Assembly (NCBI GenBank): GCA_963818535.1
Contig: CAWFSM010000008.1
Coordinates: forward strand, 760,892 to 824,891
Origin: an uncultured delta proteobacterium
GTDB lineage: Bacteria; Myxococcota; Myxococcia; Myxococcales; Anaeromyxobacteraceae
Reading direction: 5' to 3'
DNA length: 64,000 bases
A program made the translations under genes and the position numbers. The notes beneath the pieces were generated by a model that made no database searches, was not told the DNA's origin, and was given only the letters and a program-made list of their open reading frames with translations. Shown here one piece after another: positions 35,216 to 45,600 of this stretch (position 1 is its first letter; every line of letters begins with the position of its first letter).

Positions 35216-36721
35216 CTACAGGTCCAGGCCCCCGTCGTCGACGAGCCGGCACACGGCCGAGATGTCCCGGTGGAGCTCCCGGTCCTCGTCGAGGTGGGGG
35301 ACCACGTCGCGGATGCGCCGATGCGCCTCGGCGACGCGTGCCGCGGGGCGCAGGGGACGACGCAGGTCGAGGGCCTGGGCCGCCACCAGCATCTCGATGG
35401 CGAGGCACGTCCGGACGTTCTCGACGACCGATCGGGCCTTCAGCGCGGCGGTCATGCCCATGGAGACGTGGTCCTCGCGACCTGCGGACGACGGGATGGA
35501 GTCCACGCTGGCCGGGTGGGCGAGCACCTTGTTCTCCGACACCAGCGCCGCGCTCGTGACCTGGGCGATCATGTAGCCGGAGTCGAGGCCAGGGTTGCGG
35601 GCCAGGAACGGCGGGAGCCCGGAGAGCATCGGGTTCACCAGCTGCTCCACGCGGCGCTCGGAGATGGTGGCGAGGTGGGAGGCGGCGATCGCCATCACGT
35701 CGAGGGCGAGGGAGACGGGCTGCCCGTGGAAGTTCCCTCCGGAGACGATGTCCCCGTCCTCGGCGAAGACGAGCGGGTTGTCGGTGGCTGCGTTGGCCTC
35801 GCGCGAGAGGACGCCGCGGGAGAACGCCAGGCCGTCCCGGGCGGCCCCGTGGACCTGCGGCATGCACCGGAGGGAGTAGGGGTCCTGGACCCTGTGGCAG
35901 TCGGGCCCCTGGTGGGAGGCGTTCAACGGGGAGTCGGCGAGCAACTCCCGGAGGTGGGCGGCGGCGTCCGCCTGTCCGATCTGGCCGCGGGCCTCCTGGA
36001 TGGATGCGAGGAACGGGCGGTGCGAGCCGAGCAGCCCCTCGAGCGTCATGGCGCCGGCCACGTCCGCCATGGCGGCGAGCCTGTCCGCGCGGACCTGGGC
36101 GAGGGCGCCGACCGCCACCATGGCCTGGGTGCCGTTCACGAGCGCCAGCCCCTCCTTGGCCTGGAGCACCACCGGGCGGAGCCCGACCCGGGCCAGCGCC
36201 TCGCGTCCCGGGAGGCGGTGGCCGCCGACCCAGGCTTCCCCCTCGCCGATGACGACCAGGGCCAGGTGGGCCAGCGGAGCGAGGTCGCCGGAGGCCCCGA
36301 CCGACCCCCGCTCGGGGACGACCGGGATGCAGTCCCGCTCCAGCAGCGCCAGAACGAGGTCGAGCGTCTCCTCCCGGATGCCGCTGCGGCCCTTGGCGAG
36401 GACGTTAGCCCGGAGCAGGACCAGGGCACGCGCCTCGGCAGGAGCCAGTGGAGCCCCGACGCCGGCCGCGTGGGAGAGCACGAGGTTGCGCTGGAGCTTC
36501 TCCAGATCCGCCCGTGCGATCCGGACCTCCGCCAGCGTCCCGAAACCGGTGTTGATGCCGTAGTGGGCCTCGCCGTCGTCCAGCCTGGCCTCCACGAGCG
36601 CCCGCGCCACCCTGACCCGTTCCCGGGCGGCGGGCGACAGCTCGACCCGGGCGCCGCCACGGGCCACGAGCTCGATCTGGGCGAGCCCCAGGTTTTCTCC
36701 ATCGACGACGACGCGGGCCAT
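35216..36721 (-). CDS. hutH: Histidine ammonia-lyase
   Basis: [14 protein letters not shown] (MIO-forming ASG) and QEDHVSMG-like REDHVSMG. Confidence 0.92.
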   Translation of the reverse strand: MARVVVDGENLGLAQIELVARGGARVELSPAARERVRVARALVEARLDDGEAHYGINTGFGTLAEVRIARADLEKLQRNLVLSHAAGVGAPLAPAEARALVLLRANVLAKGRSGIREETLDLVLALLERDCIPVVPERGSVGASGDLAPLAHLALVVIGEGEAWVGGHRLPGREALARVGLRPVVLQAKEGLALVNGTQAMVAVGALAQVRADRLAAMADVAGAMTLEGLLGSHRPFLASIQEARGQIGQADAAAHLRELLADSPLNASHQGPDCHRVQDPYSLRCMPQVHGAARDGLAFSRGVLSREANAATDNPLVFAEDGDIVSGGNFHGQPVSLALDVMAIAASHLATISERRVEQLVNPMLSGLPPFLARNPGLDSGYMIAQVTSAALVSENKVLAHPASVDSIPSSAGREDHVSMGMTAALKARSVVENVRTCLAIEMLVAAQALDLRRPLRPAARVAEAHRRIRDVVPHLDEDRELHRDISAVCRLVDDGGLDL

Positions 36722-36801
36722 GTGAACCTCCGGCCGGGCATGAATCGCACGTTTCCAGGGCGATTCCCACCCCGGTCGAGGTTGGCCTGCAGCTTGCTCC
36801 C

Positions 36802-37206
36802 GTGGCCTGGATGGCCCACCGCATCGCCCTCGCCACGCTCCTGCTCGCCGCCCTCGCCCCGTCGGCGATTCGCCGGCTTCCCCGCGGTGAACCGGCGGCC
36901 TGCGAGCCGGAGGGGCGCGGTGTCCCGCCGTCCCACTGGATCGGCTGCCGCGGGGATCCCGGCCCAGCCCGGCCGCTGACCGGTCTCGAGCTCGTCCTGC
37001 TGGGCCGTCCCGTGGACCTCGAGCGGGCAACCGCCGAGGACCTCGCCGCGGTGCCCGGAATCGGTCCCGGGCTCGCGGCCGAGGTGGTCCGGGATCGCGC
37101 GGTGCACGGCCCCTTCCGCACGCCCGATGCCCTGCGGCGCGTCCGGGGGATCGGGCCGGCCCGCATGGAGAAGGCGCGGCCATGGGTTCGCACCACGTCT
37201 CCATAG
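36802..37206 (+). CDS. ComEA-like helix-hairpin-helix DNA-binding protein with signal/anchor sequence
   Basis: Hydrophobic N-terminus. HhH motifs [15 protein letters not shown] and [12 protein letters not shown]. Confidence 0.6.
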   Translation: MAWMAHRIALATLLLAALAPSAIRRLPRGEPAACEPEGRGVPPSHWIGCRGDPGPARPLTGLELVLLGRPVDLERATAEDLAAVPGIGPGLAAEVVRDRAVHGPFRTPDALRRVRGIGPARMEKARPWVRTTSP

Positions 37207-37252
37207 CCGCGGGTCGCGCGCATGGGCTAGTCTTCACGGGGGAGGGACGTCC

Positions 37253-37723
37253 TTGCGGATCCGGTGCGAACGCTGCGCGACCATCTACGAGCTGGACGAG
37301 AAGCGCTTGCCGCCGCACGGGGCGCTCGTGAAGTGCACCCGTTGCGATCACGTGTTCCGGGCCGCTCCGCCGGTGGCCGGATCCGTGTCGCCCTCTCCGG
37401 AAGCCCCGCCTGGCGTGAGCCCTGGACCTCCGGGAGACGAGCGCACGGCCCTCTTCGGATTCGCGACGGCGGGTGCGGAGGAGAAGACCGCGAGCATCGC
37501 CGCGGTTCCCGCGCCCGAGCCCGCTCCCGCGCGCCGCAGGGAGCCCGTACCCTCGGTGACGGCGAAACGCGGCCCGGGTGGCCCGAGATCGCGGTGGCTC
37601 TGGGTGGTCCTCGCGGCCCTGCTCGTCGCCCTGGCGGTCGCCGCGGGCTGGTACCTGGTTCAGAGCAGGGCGGCGACGCCGACCACCAGGCTCCCGGCGG
37701 TCGTGGAGTTCTTGCCGACCTGA
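37253..37723 (+). CDS. MJ0042-type zinc-ribbon protein with a C-terminal TM helix
   Basis: [17 protein letters not shown]....[13 protein letters not shown] start 7 nt after GGGGGAGGG. TM segment [21 protein letters not shown]. Confidence 0.6.
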   Translation: MRIRCERCATIYELDEKRLPPHGALVKCTRCDHVFRAAPPVAGSVSPSPEAPPGVSPGPPGDERTALFGFATAGAEEKTASIAAVPAPEPAPARRREPVPSVTAKRGPGGPRSRWLWVVLAALLVALAVAAGWYLVQSRAATPTTRLPAVVEFLPT

Positions 37724-38337
37724 AGGGTGTCGTTGAGCCTCTTGCCCGTCGACGGGTCGGAGACACGGGCCGGATAGCCCAGGTTCACGCGCATCTTCGC
37801 GACGCCGCGGGCGAGACGGTGGACCACGACCGCCGTCCCGTCGGGCTCCACGCGGGTCACGAGTCCCACGTGCGCGGCCGCGCCGCCCGGTCGGTCGGCC
37901 AGGAAGACCACGTCGCCGGGGGAGCAGCGGATCCCCGTCCGCATGGCGCCACGCCCCTTGGCCACGTCCAGGAGCGCGCCGGCGGTGCGAGCGTCCTTGG
38001 GAAGGGGCTTCCCGGCGTTGTCGAAGGCGGCGCGGACGAGCGCCGTGCAACCCGCGCCGTAGTCGCGCCCGTCGACCACCACGCTGCGGTGGCCAACCAG
38101 GGACTGGGCGGTGTCGACGGCACGGCGAACGTCCGGCTTCAGTTCCGGTGCGGGCGTCGCGGGCCCGGAAGCGAGAGCCGGGCCGGCGCCGCGTCCTTCG
38201 CGGGCACCGGCCCGGCCATCACCGGCGGGCGGGGGCAGGGGTCGGCGGGTCGTGGCCGTCTTGCTGGATGCGCAGGCGACCGATCCGATCGCCAGGGCCA
38301 GCAGGAGGAACGCACGTGATGCCGCCATGCCGGTCAT
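37660..38337 (-). CDS. NlpC/P60 (C40) family peptidase lipoprotein
   Basis: Lipobox [22 protein letters not shown] (catalytic Cys context) and GDVVFL....HVGLV. Confidence 0.6.
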   Translation of the reverse strand: MTGMAASRAFLLLALAIGSVACASSKTATTRRPLPPPAGDGRAGAREGRGAGPALASGPATPAPELKPDVRRAVDTAQSLVGHRSVVVDGRDYGAGCTALVRAAFDNAGKPLPKDARTAGALLDVAKGRGAMRTGIRCSPGDVVFLADRPGGAAAHVGLVTRVEPDGTAVVVHRLARGVAKMRVNLGYPARVSDPSTGKRLNDTLQVGKNSTTAGSLVVGVAALL

Positions 38338-38421
38338 GCTATCCGCGCTCGACGCCGCGTCCACTTCCCGGGCGCGGGCGATATCGATCTGTCGGACGCG
38401 GGTGATAGGTTTCGCCATTCG

Positions 38422-40557
38422 ATGACGCGCCGTTACCAGTTGCGACCCGCCGCCGGTGCTCCCCGGACCTTCGACGCGGGCGGGCAGCTGAACGACGAGC
38501 AGCAGGCGGTGATCGAGGCGCCCGACGGCCCGCTCCTCGTGATCGCCGGCGCCGGCTCCGGCAAGACCCGGACCCTCACCTGGCGGGTGGCCAGGCTGCT
38601 CCACGGCCACCTCGATCCCGAGGCGCTGCTCCTCCTCACCTTCACCAACAAGGCCGCGAGGGAGATGCTCCGCCGGGTGGAGGAGGTCGCGCACGTGGAC
38701 ACCCGGCGCATCTGGGGAGGAACCTTCCACCACGTCGCTCACCGCGTGCTGCGGGAGCACGCCGGGCTGCTCGGATACGAGAAGGGCTACTCCATCCTCG
38801 ATCGGGAGGACGGGCGGGACGTCATGGCCGCCTCCATCGCCGACTGCGGCCTGGCGGTCGGGGCCCGCCGCTTCCCCAAGGCCGACGTCCTCATCGACCT
38901 CGTCTCCATGGCGGTGAACACCCAGACGCCGCTCGCCGAGGTGCTCCTCGACCGTCGTCCGCAGTTCGCCCCGCTGGTGGACGACGTCCTGCGCGTGGCG
39001 CGGCGCTACGCCGAGCGCAAGCACGGCATGAACGCCATGGACTTCGACGACCTCCTGCTCAACTGGAAGGTCCTGCTGGTCGAGCACGAGGGGGTTCGCA
39101 AGCTCCTCTCCGAGCGCTTCCGGCACGTGCTGGTCGACGAGTACCAGGACACCAACCGGTTGCAGGGCGACGTGGTCGACCTGATCGCCTCGCACCACCG
39201 GAACCTCTGCGTGGTCGGGGACGACGCGCAGAGCATCTACTCGTTCCGCGGCGCGCACTTCGCCAACATCCTCGAGTTCGAGAAGCGCTACCCGGACGCG
39301 CGGCGCTTTCATCTCACGGTGAACTACCGATCCACGCCCGAGATCCTCGACCTGGCCAACGCCTCCATCGAGAACAACTTCAAGCAGTTCCGGAAGGAGC
39401 TGCGCAGCGTCCGGCCCTCCGGGTCGCTCCCGGGCCTCGTCCCGTGCCGCGACGTGGAGCAGCAGGCGGCCTTCGTGGCCCAGCGGGTGCTCGAGCTGCG
39501 AGACGAGGGCATCCCGCTGCCGGAGATCGCGGTGCTGTACCGGGCACACCACCACTCCATGGAGATCCAGTTCGAGCTGGCCCGGCGAGGCATTCCCTTC
39601 GTGGTGCGCAGCGGGGTCCGTTTCTTCGAGGCCGCCCACATCAAGGACGTGCTGGCCCACCTGCGCTTCGCGCACAACCCGGGCGACGAGCTGGCGCTCA
39701 AGCGGGTGCTGAAGCTCTTTCCGGGCATCGGCAGCATGACCGCCGACGCGGTCTGGAACGCGCTCTCCGCCCGGCGCCGCGGCGGGGCCGGATCGGTGGA
39801 CGAGCTCACCTCGCCCGACGTCGCGAGCCACGTCCCACCCAAGGCGCGCGAGGGCTACCGCCGGGCGGCCGGGCTCCTCCGCGACCTGACCCGGACTCCC
39901 ACCCGCGACCTCCCCGGCGAGTCGATCGACCGGGTCCTCGAGGGGGGCTACGAGGAGTACCTGCGAACCGCCTTCCTGAACGCCGATTCGCGCGTCGAGG
40001 ACATCCGGCAGCTCGCCGACTACGCCCGCGGCTACGAGGACGGCGAGGCCTTCCTCTCCGAGATCGCCCTGCTCACCGAGCTCACCGCCGAGACGGTGGC
40101 CGAGGGGGAGGAGGCCGACGAGAAGATGGTGCTCTCCAGCGTCCACCAGTCGAAGGGGCTCGAGTGGCGGGCGGTGTTCGTGGTCTGGCTCGCCGACGGG
40201 AGGTTCCCGAGCGCGCAGGCGCTCCGCGACCCGGAGGGCGAGGAGGAGGAGCGGCGACTCTTCTACGTGGCCTGCACCCGGGCGAAGGACGAGCTGACCC
40301 TGTGCCATCCGCTGGTGGCGGCGCCGCGCGATCGCGAGCGGGTGGTCCTGAAGGCCTCGCGCTTCGTCGAGGAGCTGCCCGGGGAGCCGGCCGTCTACGA
40401 GCGCTGGCAACTCGACGACGGGTCCGGGCTGCCCGCGTTCGGGCCCGCACCGGAGGGGCGAGCCCCTCTTCCCGCCATGACCATGCCGCGGCTGTTCGCA
40501 TCGGGGTCGGACGGGGAGGGTGAAGGTGGGGAGGGTCCCGACGACGTCCCGTTCTAG
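38422..40557 (+). CDS. UvrD/Rep/PcrA-family ATP-dependent DNA helicase
   Basis: AGAGSGKT (Walker A), VLVDEYQDTN, YRS, VHQSKGLEW, and FYVACTRAK. Confidence 0.85.
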   Translation: MTRRYQLRPAAGAPRTFDAGGQLNDEQQAVIEAPDGPLLVIAGAGSGKTRTLTWRVARLLHGHLDPEALLLLTFTNKAAREMLRRVEEVAHVDTRRIWGGTFHHVAHRVLREHAGLLGYEKGYSILDREDGRDVMAASIADCGLAVGARRFPKADVLIDLVSMAVNTQTPLAEVLLDRRPQFAPLVDDVLRVARRYAERKHGMNAMDFDDLLLNWKVLLVEHEGVRKLLSERFRHVLVDEYQDTNRLQGDVVDLIASHHRNLCVVGDDAQSIYSFRGAHFANILEFEKRYPDARRFHLTVNYRSTPEILDLANASIENNFKQFRKELRSVRPSGSLPGLVPCRDVEQQAAFVAQRVLELRDEGIPLPEIAVLYRAHHHSMEIQFELARRGIPFVVRSGVRFFEAAHIKDVLAHLRFAHNPGDELALKRVLKLFPGIGSMTADAVWNALSARRRGGAGSVDELTSPDVASHVPPKAREGYRRAAGLLRDLTRTPTRDLPGESIDRVLEGGYEEYLRTAFLNADSRVEDIRQLADYARGYEDGEAFLSEIALLTELTAETVAEGEEADEKMVLSSVHQSKGLEWRAVFVVWLADGRFPSAQALRDPEGEEEERRLFYVACTRAKDELTLCHPLVAAPRDRERVVLKASRFVEELPGEPAVYERWQLDDGSGLPAFGPAPEGRAPLPAMTMPRLFASGSDGEGEGGEGPDDVPF

Positions 40558-40602
40558 CGCCCCGTCCCGGCCACGACAGGAAGCGGTGGAGCGCCCCGGA
40601 CC

Positions 40603-42231
40603 GTGCTACCGTCGGCGGAGATGCCTCCCCCTCTGAGCCGGGACAAGCCGATCCTCGGCATCGACCTCGGGACCACCAACACCTGCGTGGCCCACGTGCG
40701 GAATCGCATTCCCCGCGTCGTGCCGACCGACAAGGGAAGCCTCATCCTTCCGAGCGTCGTGGCGCTCTCCAGCCGCGGCGACTTCCTCGTGGGTGGGGCG
40801 GCCAAGGACCAGCTCCTCACCAACCCGCGCAACACCATCTACGGCGCGAAGCGGCTCATCGGCCGCAAGTTCAACTCGAGGGTCGTCCAGGACCTGCGGT
40901 CCTACTACTCCTACGACATCGTCGAGGGGCCGCAGGGCGAGGCCGCGGTCTCGCTGGGCGATCGCATCTACGGGCTGCCCGAGATCTCGGGGCTGGTCCT
41001 CGGCCACGTGAAGAAGATCGCCGAGGCCTTCCTGGGCAGGCCCATGCCCCAGGCCATCATCTCGGTTCCGGCCTACTACAACGACAACCAGCGCCACGCC
41101 GTGAAGGAGGCGGGGCGGCTGGCCGGGTTCGAGGTGAAGCGCATCGTCAACGAGCCCACCGCCGCGGCGCTCGCCTACGGCTTCAACCGCGGCCTGGACC
41201 AGCGGGTCCTGGTCTACGACCTGGGCGGCGGCACCTGCGACATCTCCGTCCTCCAGCTCCAGCAGAACGTCTTCGAGGTGGTGGCCACCGGAGGGGACAC
41301 CTTCCTGGGCGGGGTCGACTTCGACAACCGCATCATCGACTGGGCGCTCGACCAGTTCTGGCGGCAGCACAAGGTGGACCTCGCGCAGTCGCCCATCGCG
41401 CTGCAGCGGGTGAAGAAGGCGGCAGAGGCCGCCAAGATCGACCTCTCCCTCATCCCCAACACGATGATCGACCTTCCCTTCGTCGAGGAGCGCCGCGGCA
41501 AGCCGCTCGACCTGCGCATGCCCATCTCCCGGCAGCAACTGGAGGAGATCACCCGCGACCTCGTCGACCGGAGCTTCACGCTCTGCGACGAGGTCCTCGA
41601 GCAGAAGGGCATCTCTCGCGCCTCCATCGACGAGATCATCCTGGTGGGCGGCCAGAGCCGGATGCCGCTCGTGCAGCAGCGCATCCGGGAGCACTTCGGG
41701 AAGCCGCCGCGGAAGGGGGTCCACCCCGACGAGTGCGTCGCGCTGGGCGCGGCGCTGCTCGGCGATTCGCTCGACAGCATCGACTCGGTGACCCTGGTGG
41801 ACGTGCTCTCGATGCCCATCGGCATCGCCGCCCCCAACGATCGGATGCGGCGCGTGCTCGAGAAGAACCAGCCCATCCCGGCCACCCGCAGCTTCCGGCT
41901 GCCGCCGCCGCGGGAACCAGGCAAGCCTATCGAGATCGACATCTACCAGGGGGACAGCGACCAGATCGTCGACGATGAGTTCCTCGGTTCGCTCCGGCTC
42001 CCCGCCGCGGCCACCGGGCGGCGCATCGACTTCAAGCTGGACGAGGAGTGCCTCCTGCGGGTCTCCTTCGACGATCCGGAGAGGGGAATGGTCGAGGTCC
42101 CCTTCGCCACCCGCGACACTCCCGAGGCCCTTCGCCGGGCCATCGCCGAGAAGACCCCGCCACATGGCGCCGCGGGTGGGGCGCCCCGGGAGCACCGGCG
42201 CGGTCTCTTCGGGTGGCTCACCCGGAGCTGA
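40603..42231 (+). CDS. Hsp70-family protein (DnaK paralogue lacking the C-terminal lid)
   Basis: GIDLGTTNT, DLGGGT.DIS, NEPTAAALAY, ILVGGQSRMP. 542 aa; the start could instead be the ATG at 40621. Confidence 0.8.
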   Translation: MLPSAEMPPPLSRDKPILGIDLGTTNTCVAHVRNRIPRVVPTDKGSLILPSVVALSSRGDFLVGGAAKDQLLTNPRNTIYGAKRLIGRKFNSRVVQDLRSYYSYDIVEGPQGEAAVSLGDRIYGLPEISGLVLGHVKKIAEAFLGRPMPQAIISVPAYYNDNQRHAVKEAGRLAGFEVKRIVNEPTAAALAYGFNRGLDQRVLVYDLGGGTCDISVLQLQQNVFEVVATGGDTFLGGVDFDNRIIDWALDQFWRQHKVDLAQSPIALQRVKKAAEAAKIDLSLIPNTMIDLPFVEERRGKPLDLRMPISRQQLEEITRDLVDRSFTLCDEVLEQKGISRASIDEIILVGGQSRMPLVQQRIREHFGKPPRKGVHPDECVALGAALLGDSLDSIDSVTLVDVLSMPIGIAAPNDRMRRVLEKNQPIPATRSFRLPPPREPGKPIEIDIYQGDSDQIVDDEFLGSLRLPAAATGRRIDFKLDEECLLRVSFDDPERGMVEVPFATRDTPEALRRAIAEKTPPHGAAGGAPREHRRGLFGWLTRS

Positions 42232-42663
42232 AGTTGCTCTTCGCGTCCTCCGAATGGCTCGAGGCGGTGGTCCGGGAGGTGAACGGCCATCCCGATCTCG
42301 GGCGGGCGCTCGCCGGCCTGGGAGCCGACCTGGCCGCGGTCGTCGGAGCGGGACTCGAGGCACTTCCCGCGGGGAGCCGCCGCCTGGGGCCGGCACGAAG
42401 GCGGCCGCATCGTGGACTGGCGCATCCTGGAGGACGAGGACGACGTCCTGGAGCTCTCGCCGGCCTACGTCGTCCGTGCCCCGCTGGCCGTCTGGAAGGA
42501 CCTCCTGCGAGGGCGCGCCGACCCGGTCGAGGCGGCGCTCACCGGTCGCGTGAAGGTGAAGGGCGATCTGGATGGGCTGGTGCGGCGCGCCGGTTACCGG
42601 TACATCGTCGACGAGGCACTGCGACGGGTGGCTACCGTCTTCCCGGACGAGGTGAGCGGATGA
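42213..42663 (+). CDS. SCP2 sterol/lipid-carrier domain protein; apparent frameshift at ~42345-42385; start uncertain
   Basis: C-terminal ...VWKDLLRGRADPVEAALTGRVKVKGDL is typical of SCP2. Confidence 0.5.
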
Positions 42664-42953
42664 GCGAGCGGCGAAAGGGAATTCCCGAGGCGTTGCTGGA
42701 ACAGGGCGTGCGGGCTGCCTCGCGCGCGGCGAAGGTGGTTCTCGAGGACCCTCGGGGGCAGGAGGTCCTCGCGGCGGCCGTCGGTGCCGCCCAGAAGGGC
42801 AAGCGGCAGCTCGAGGAGGTGCAGGGGCGGGTGCTCCGGGCGGCTGGCCTCCCCAGCAAGGGAGACTACGAGGACGTGGCGAAGAGCATGGCCCGCCTCA
42901 AGCGCAAGCTGCGCGAGCTCACGAGGCGGGTGGAGGAGGACCGGAAGCGTTGA
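42660..42953 (+). CDS. Small coiled-coil protein (phasin/BMFP-UbiK-like), 97 aa
   Basis: ATGA overlap with the SCP2 stop. The ...LPSKGDYEDVAKSMARLKRKLRELTRRVEE pattern is typical of this class. Confidence 0.45.
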   Translation: MSERRKGIPEALLEQGVRAASRAAKVVLEDPRGQEVLAAAVGAAQKGKRQLEEVQGRVLRAAGLPSKGDYEDVAKSMARLKRKLRELTRRVEEDRKR

Positions 42954-42999
42954 CACCGTGGGGGCGCACCGGCATACTCCGCGGCCGTTTTGAGATGAC

Positions 43000-43074
43000 G
43001 GGCGCTTAGCTCAGCGGTAGAGCACTGCCTTCACACGGCAGGGGTCGAAGGTTCGAAACCTTCAGCGCCCACCA
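43000..43074 (+). tRNA. tRNA-Val (anticodon CAC), CCA encoded
   Basis: Cloverleaf folded by hand: acceptor GGGCGCT/AGCGCCC, D stem GCTC/GAGC, anticodon stem CTGCC/GGCAG with loop TTCACAC, T stem GAAGG/CCTTC. Confidence 0.93.
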
Positions 43075-43094
43075 GTAAAAGAAGCAAGGGACAC

Positions 43095-43131
43095 GGGCGG
43101 TTCCGGCGAAACCGGAGCCGCCCTTTTTTTT
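43095..43131 (+). terminator. Rho-independent terminator after tRNA-Val
   Basis: GGGCGGTTCCGG-cgaaa-CCGGAGCCGCCC followed by T8. Confidence 0.75.
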
Positions 43132-43484
43132 GCCCGAAAACGGGTCTCCCGGTCGGCGGTTGGCTCAGCCGCGCCGAAGGCAGCGGGAGGGGGTAGGCTC
43201 CCGGCGTGCCGGTCCCGCTCGACTGCCCCGGTTCGCTCTTGCCCGCCCCTGGTCTCAGGCCGGGCATCGACAAGGTGCGCTGCGACTTCTGCGGGAGAGA
43301 GGTCGCGGTGCGGCCACCTACACCGGACGGGTCCGCAATCCATGGCCGGGCCTGGACGAGCCGCGCACCAACGCGCATTGGTCGAAACCGATGAAGGAGA
43401 AGCCAGGGACACCGCTCGGTCGGAGAACTCGCTGACCACGGCAATCATGCCCAACCGGCCGCTCTATTTGGTGTCAGGACCAAA

Positions 43485-44108
43485 CTACGGGCTGACGCAA
43501 GACGCCCCGCCGGGACTGACGACCCGACACACCCGGCCTCCCAAGGTGCAGTCGGTCCTATCCCAATCGAACACAGCCTTGTTGTCGATGATGATTGGAA
43601 TGGTACTGCAAGTGAGAACTACGTTTCCGTCGCATTGGGAGTTGTTCGCAGTACAGACCTCAACGACCTCGAAGCAGGCGGCCGGCGTCCCAGGGTCCTC
43701 AAAGCACATCGCCTTTGGCACCTGCGCACCACAGATCGTCCTCGTCCATCGGAACGTCTGATCGGAAGCGCGCAAGAGGCACGACCAGAGGTCCGAGCCT
43801 GCGCCGGACAGCCAGGTACAAGATACGGCACCTCCATGGCAGTACGAGTTCGGATCGAAGCACCCGTTCTCTATCGGGGCGCCCAACGCGGCGTCGGGTC
43901 CAGCTGCGTTCACTCTGCATACTTGTGGTGAAACGCACGTCTCGACATCTTGCCAGGAAGGCTTCGCCGAAGCCGTGCCGACGCAGTACCGCAACGTGCT
44001 GCCAGCACAAGAATATTCGCCATCGGAGCAGTCGCCGTGGCCCCAGTCGGGTGCGCAGGCGACCATGAGGAACAGCGCGGCCAACGGGACGGCGAAGAAT
44101 CGACTCAT
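43485..44108 (-). CDS. Cysteine-rich lipoprotein, function unknown (207 aa)
   Basis: Signal peptide plus lipobox LFLMVAC, about 20 Cys, and recurring C.G..L..C modules. Lower GC3 than the core genes. Confidence 0.6.
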   Translation of the reverse strand: MSRFFAVPLAALFLMVACAPDWGHGDCSDGEYSCAGSTLRYCVGTASAKPSWQDVETCVSPQVCRVNAAGPDAALGAPIENGCFDPNSYCHGGAVSCTWLSGAGSDLWSCLLRASDQTFRWTRTICGAQVPKAMCFEDPGTPAACFEVVEVCTANNSQCDGNVVLTCSTIPIIIDNKAVFDWDRTDCTLGGRVCRVVSPGGASCVSP

Positions 44109-44414
44109 AGGACCCTCCTTCCGTTACTCCCATTCAACGCCAACGACATCTTGACTGCGCCGCCCACAGGGGGCAGCAGGGCGCCCCACCCCAAAAGAGC
44201 ACTGCACGCCAACTTCGAATCACTGGGGGTCAGCCCGAAAGGCGAAGTCCTCACCGGCGGCCGATGATGACAGGTGGGGGCTCCAATGCTGCGCCGCGAC
44301 TTCCCAGCCATGACCGCCAGTTGAGTGGCCGGGCTTGGAACTGGACCGCGTCACGCCGCATTGGTCGAAGGCGTGGCCATGCGCTAATGCGAGGCCCAGA
44401 CTCCACTCCGTTGC

Positions 44415-44747
44415 TCACATGAGGCTTTGGCGGTCGGCAGATCTAGACGGCGGGTAGTACCGCTCGATCAGGGTGGATCCAGAGGAGTAGATGTTGGCGA
44501 TCGAACACGTGCCGACCACAGCCGTCCAGGGGCACCATGTTGTGAACGAGTAGGAGCCTCCCCTCTTGGTGCAGTCGTATGTGGCTTGAGACATGTGCAT
44601 CAAGCCCATACTCCCGATGATCTCGTCACACTCAGCGCTTGCTTCCAGGTTGCAGCTCATGATCGGCACGACTCGTTCCTGATCACCCTTGCCGCATCCC
44701 GTTGATGTGACCGACGCGGCGACGGCGACCGCGACGATTCCGAGCAT
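44415..44747 (-). CDS. Small Cys-containing lipoprotein, function unknown (110 aa from the internal Met)
   Basis: MLGIVAVAVAASVTSTGC lipobox. I treated the upstream 28 codons of the track ORF as non-coding. Confidence 0.5.
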   Translation of the reverse strand: MLGIVAVAVAASVTSTGCGKGDQERVVPIMSCNLEASAECDEIIGSMGLMHMSQATYDCTKRGGSYSFTTWCPWTAVVGTCSIANIYSSGSTLIERYYPPSRSADRQSLM

Positions 44748-45080
44748 GTGGAGGTGAGATGGGGGAGTGCGCCGATGGCAGCGGTGTTCACGGCATGCGC
44801 GGCCTGCGGCGCTCGCCGGCCCAGCGGCCATCGTGGTTCCCCCTGCGAACGAGAGTCTGCCTCCTGCACGTCGGCGGCAACCGCTGGAGGCCTGGCCTCA
44901 CGGGGCGACCTCCGGGGGTCAGACCAGACGGGGGCGTCTAGACCGTCGCGCCCAGGTCTCCGAGCGAGCGGGGAACCGAGAACTTCTCGGAGGGGCAGGG
45001 TTAGCCGCATGGGGTGCACCCCGAAATGGCCCGTACCCGCGATCCGCGTCGCGCCGAAACTGAGGAGCAACGGGGGGGAT

Positions 45081-45600
45081 ATGCGCGTGACTGCCTCTGA
45101 TGTCCGTCCGCTCCTGGTGGTCGTCCTCACCCTCTGCCTGACCGCCTGCAAGGAGGAGCCCTGCGGAGGCGTGCTGCTAACCGGGTACGGCGGGCACTGC
45201 TGCGAGAACCAGACGGCCTGCAAGGTCGGACCCAGCGTCTGGGCCTGCCTTGACCTCCAGACCGATCACGACAGTTGCGGCGTGTGCTGGGTCGGGTGCG
45301 GTCCCGGCACGTGCGTTGCCGGTGCGTGTCAGTGCCCGCCAGCGCCCATGAAGTACTGCGCCCCGTCCTTCGATCCGCCGGATGTGTCCTTTGCCGTCGA
45401 TGCCTGCGTCGACACGTCGACCGACTCCGCAAACTGCGGCGACTGCGGCGTGCGCTGCGGGACCGACGAGTGGTGCGTCGGCGGATCGTGTGTCCCCGAT
45501 GACCGGTGCGCCGGGGTCACCTGCAGGTACGCCACGGTGTGCGGGCAGGTCATCCCCTGCGAGCAGTGCGTGCGGGGCGTCTGCGAGGCGATCAGCCCGC
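45081..45600 (+). pseudogene. Cysteine-rich lipoprotein (NCGxCGxxC modules), 3' end replaced by an IS3 remnant
   Basis: Lipobox LTLCLTAC. Modules HDSCGVCWVGCGPGTCVAGAC and SANCGDCGVRCGTDEWCVGGSC. After ~45600 the open frame is merely antisense to the transposase. Confidence 0.5.

Noticed and set aside
37660-40410. 916 aa minus-strand ORF
   Set aside because: Only the last 225 codons (the NlpC/P60 lipoprotein, from the Met at 38337) are credible. The rest is antisense to the UvrD-family helicase.
42213-42231. 19-nt overlap between the Hsp70 3' end and the proposed SCP2 GTG start, as a meaningful overlap
   Set aside because: The SCP2 start is uncertain, since a downstream CTG or TTG start is also possible. 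The overlap may simply reflect a wrong start choice.
43132-43484. Short ORFs right after tRNA-Val (for example 43206..43394, containing VRCDFCGREV, zinc-ribbon-like) as an integrase or excisionase remnant
   Set aside because: No tyrosine-recombinase motifs were recognised. At best the ORF is a fragment, so it was left unannotated.
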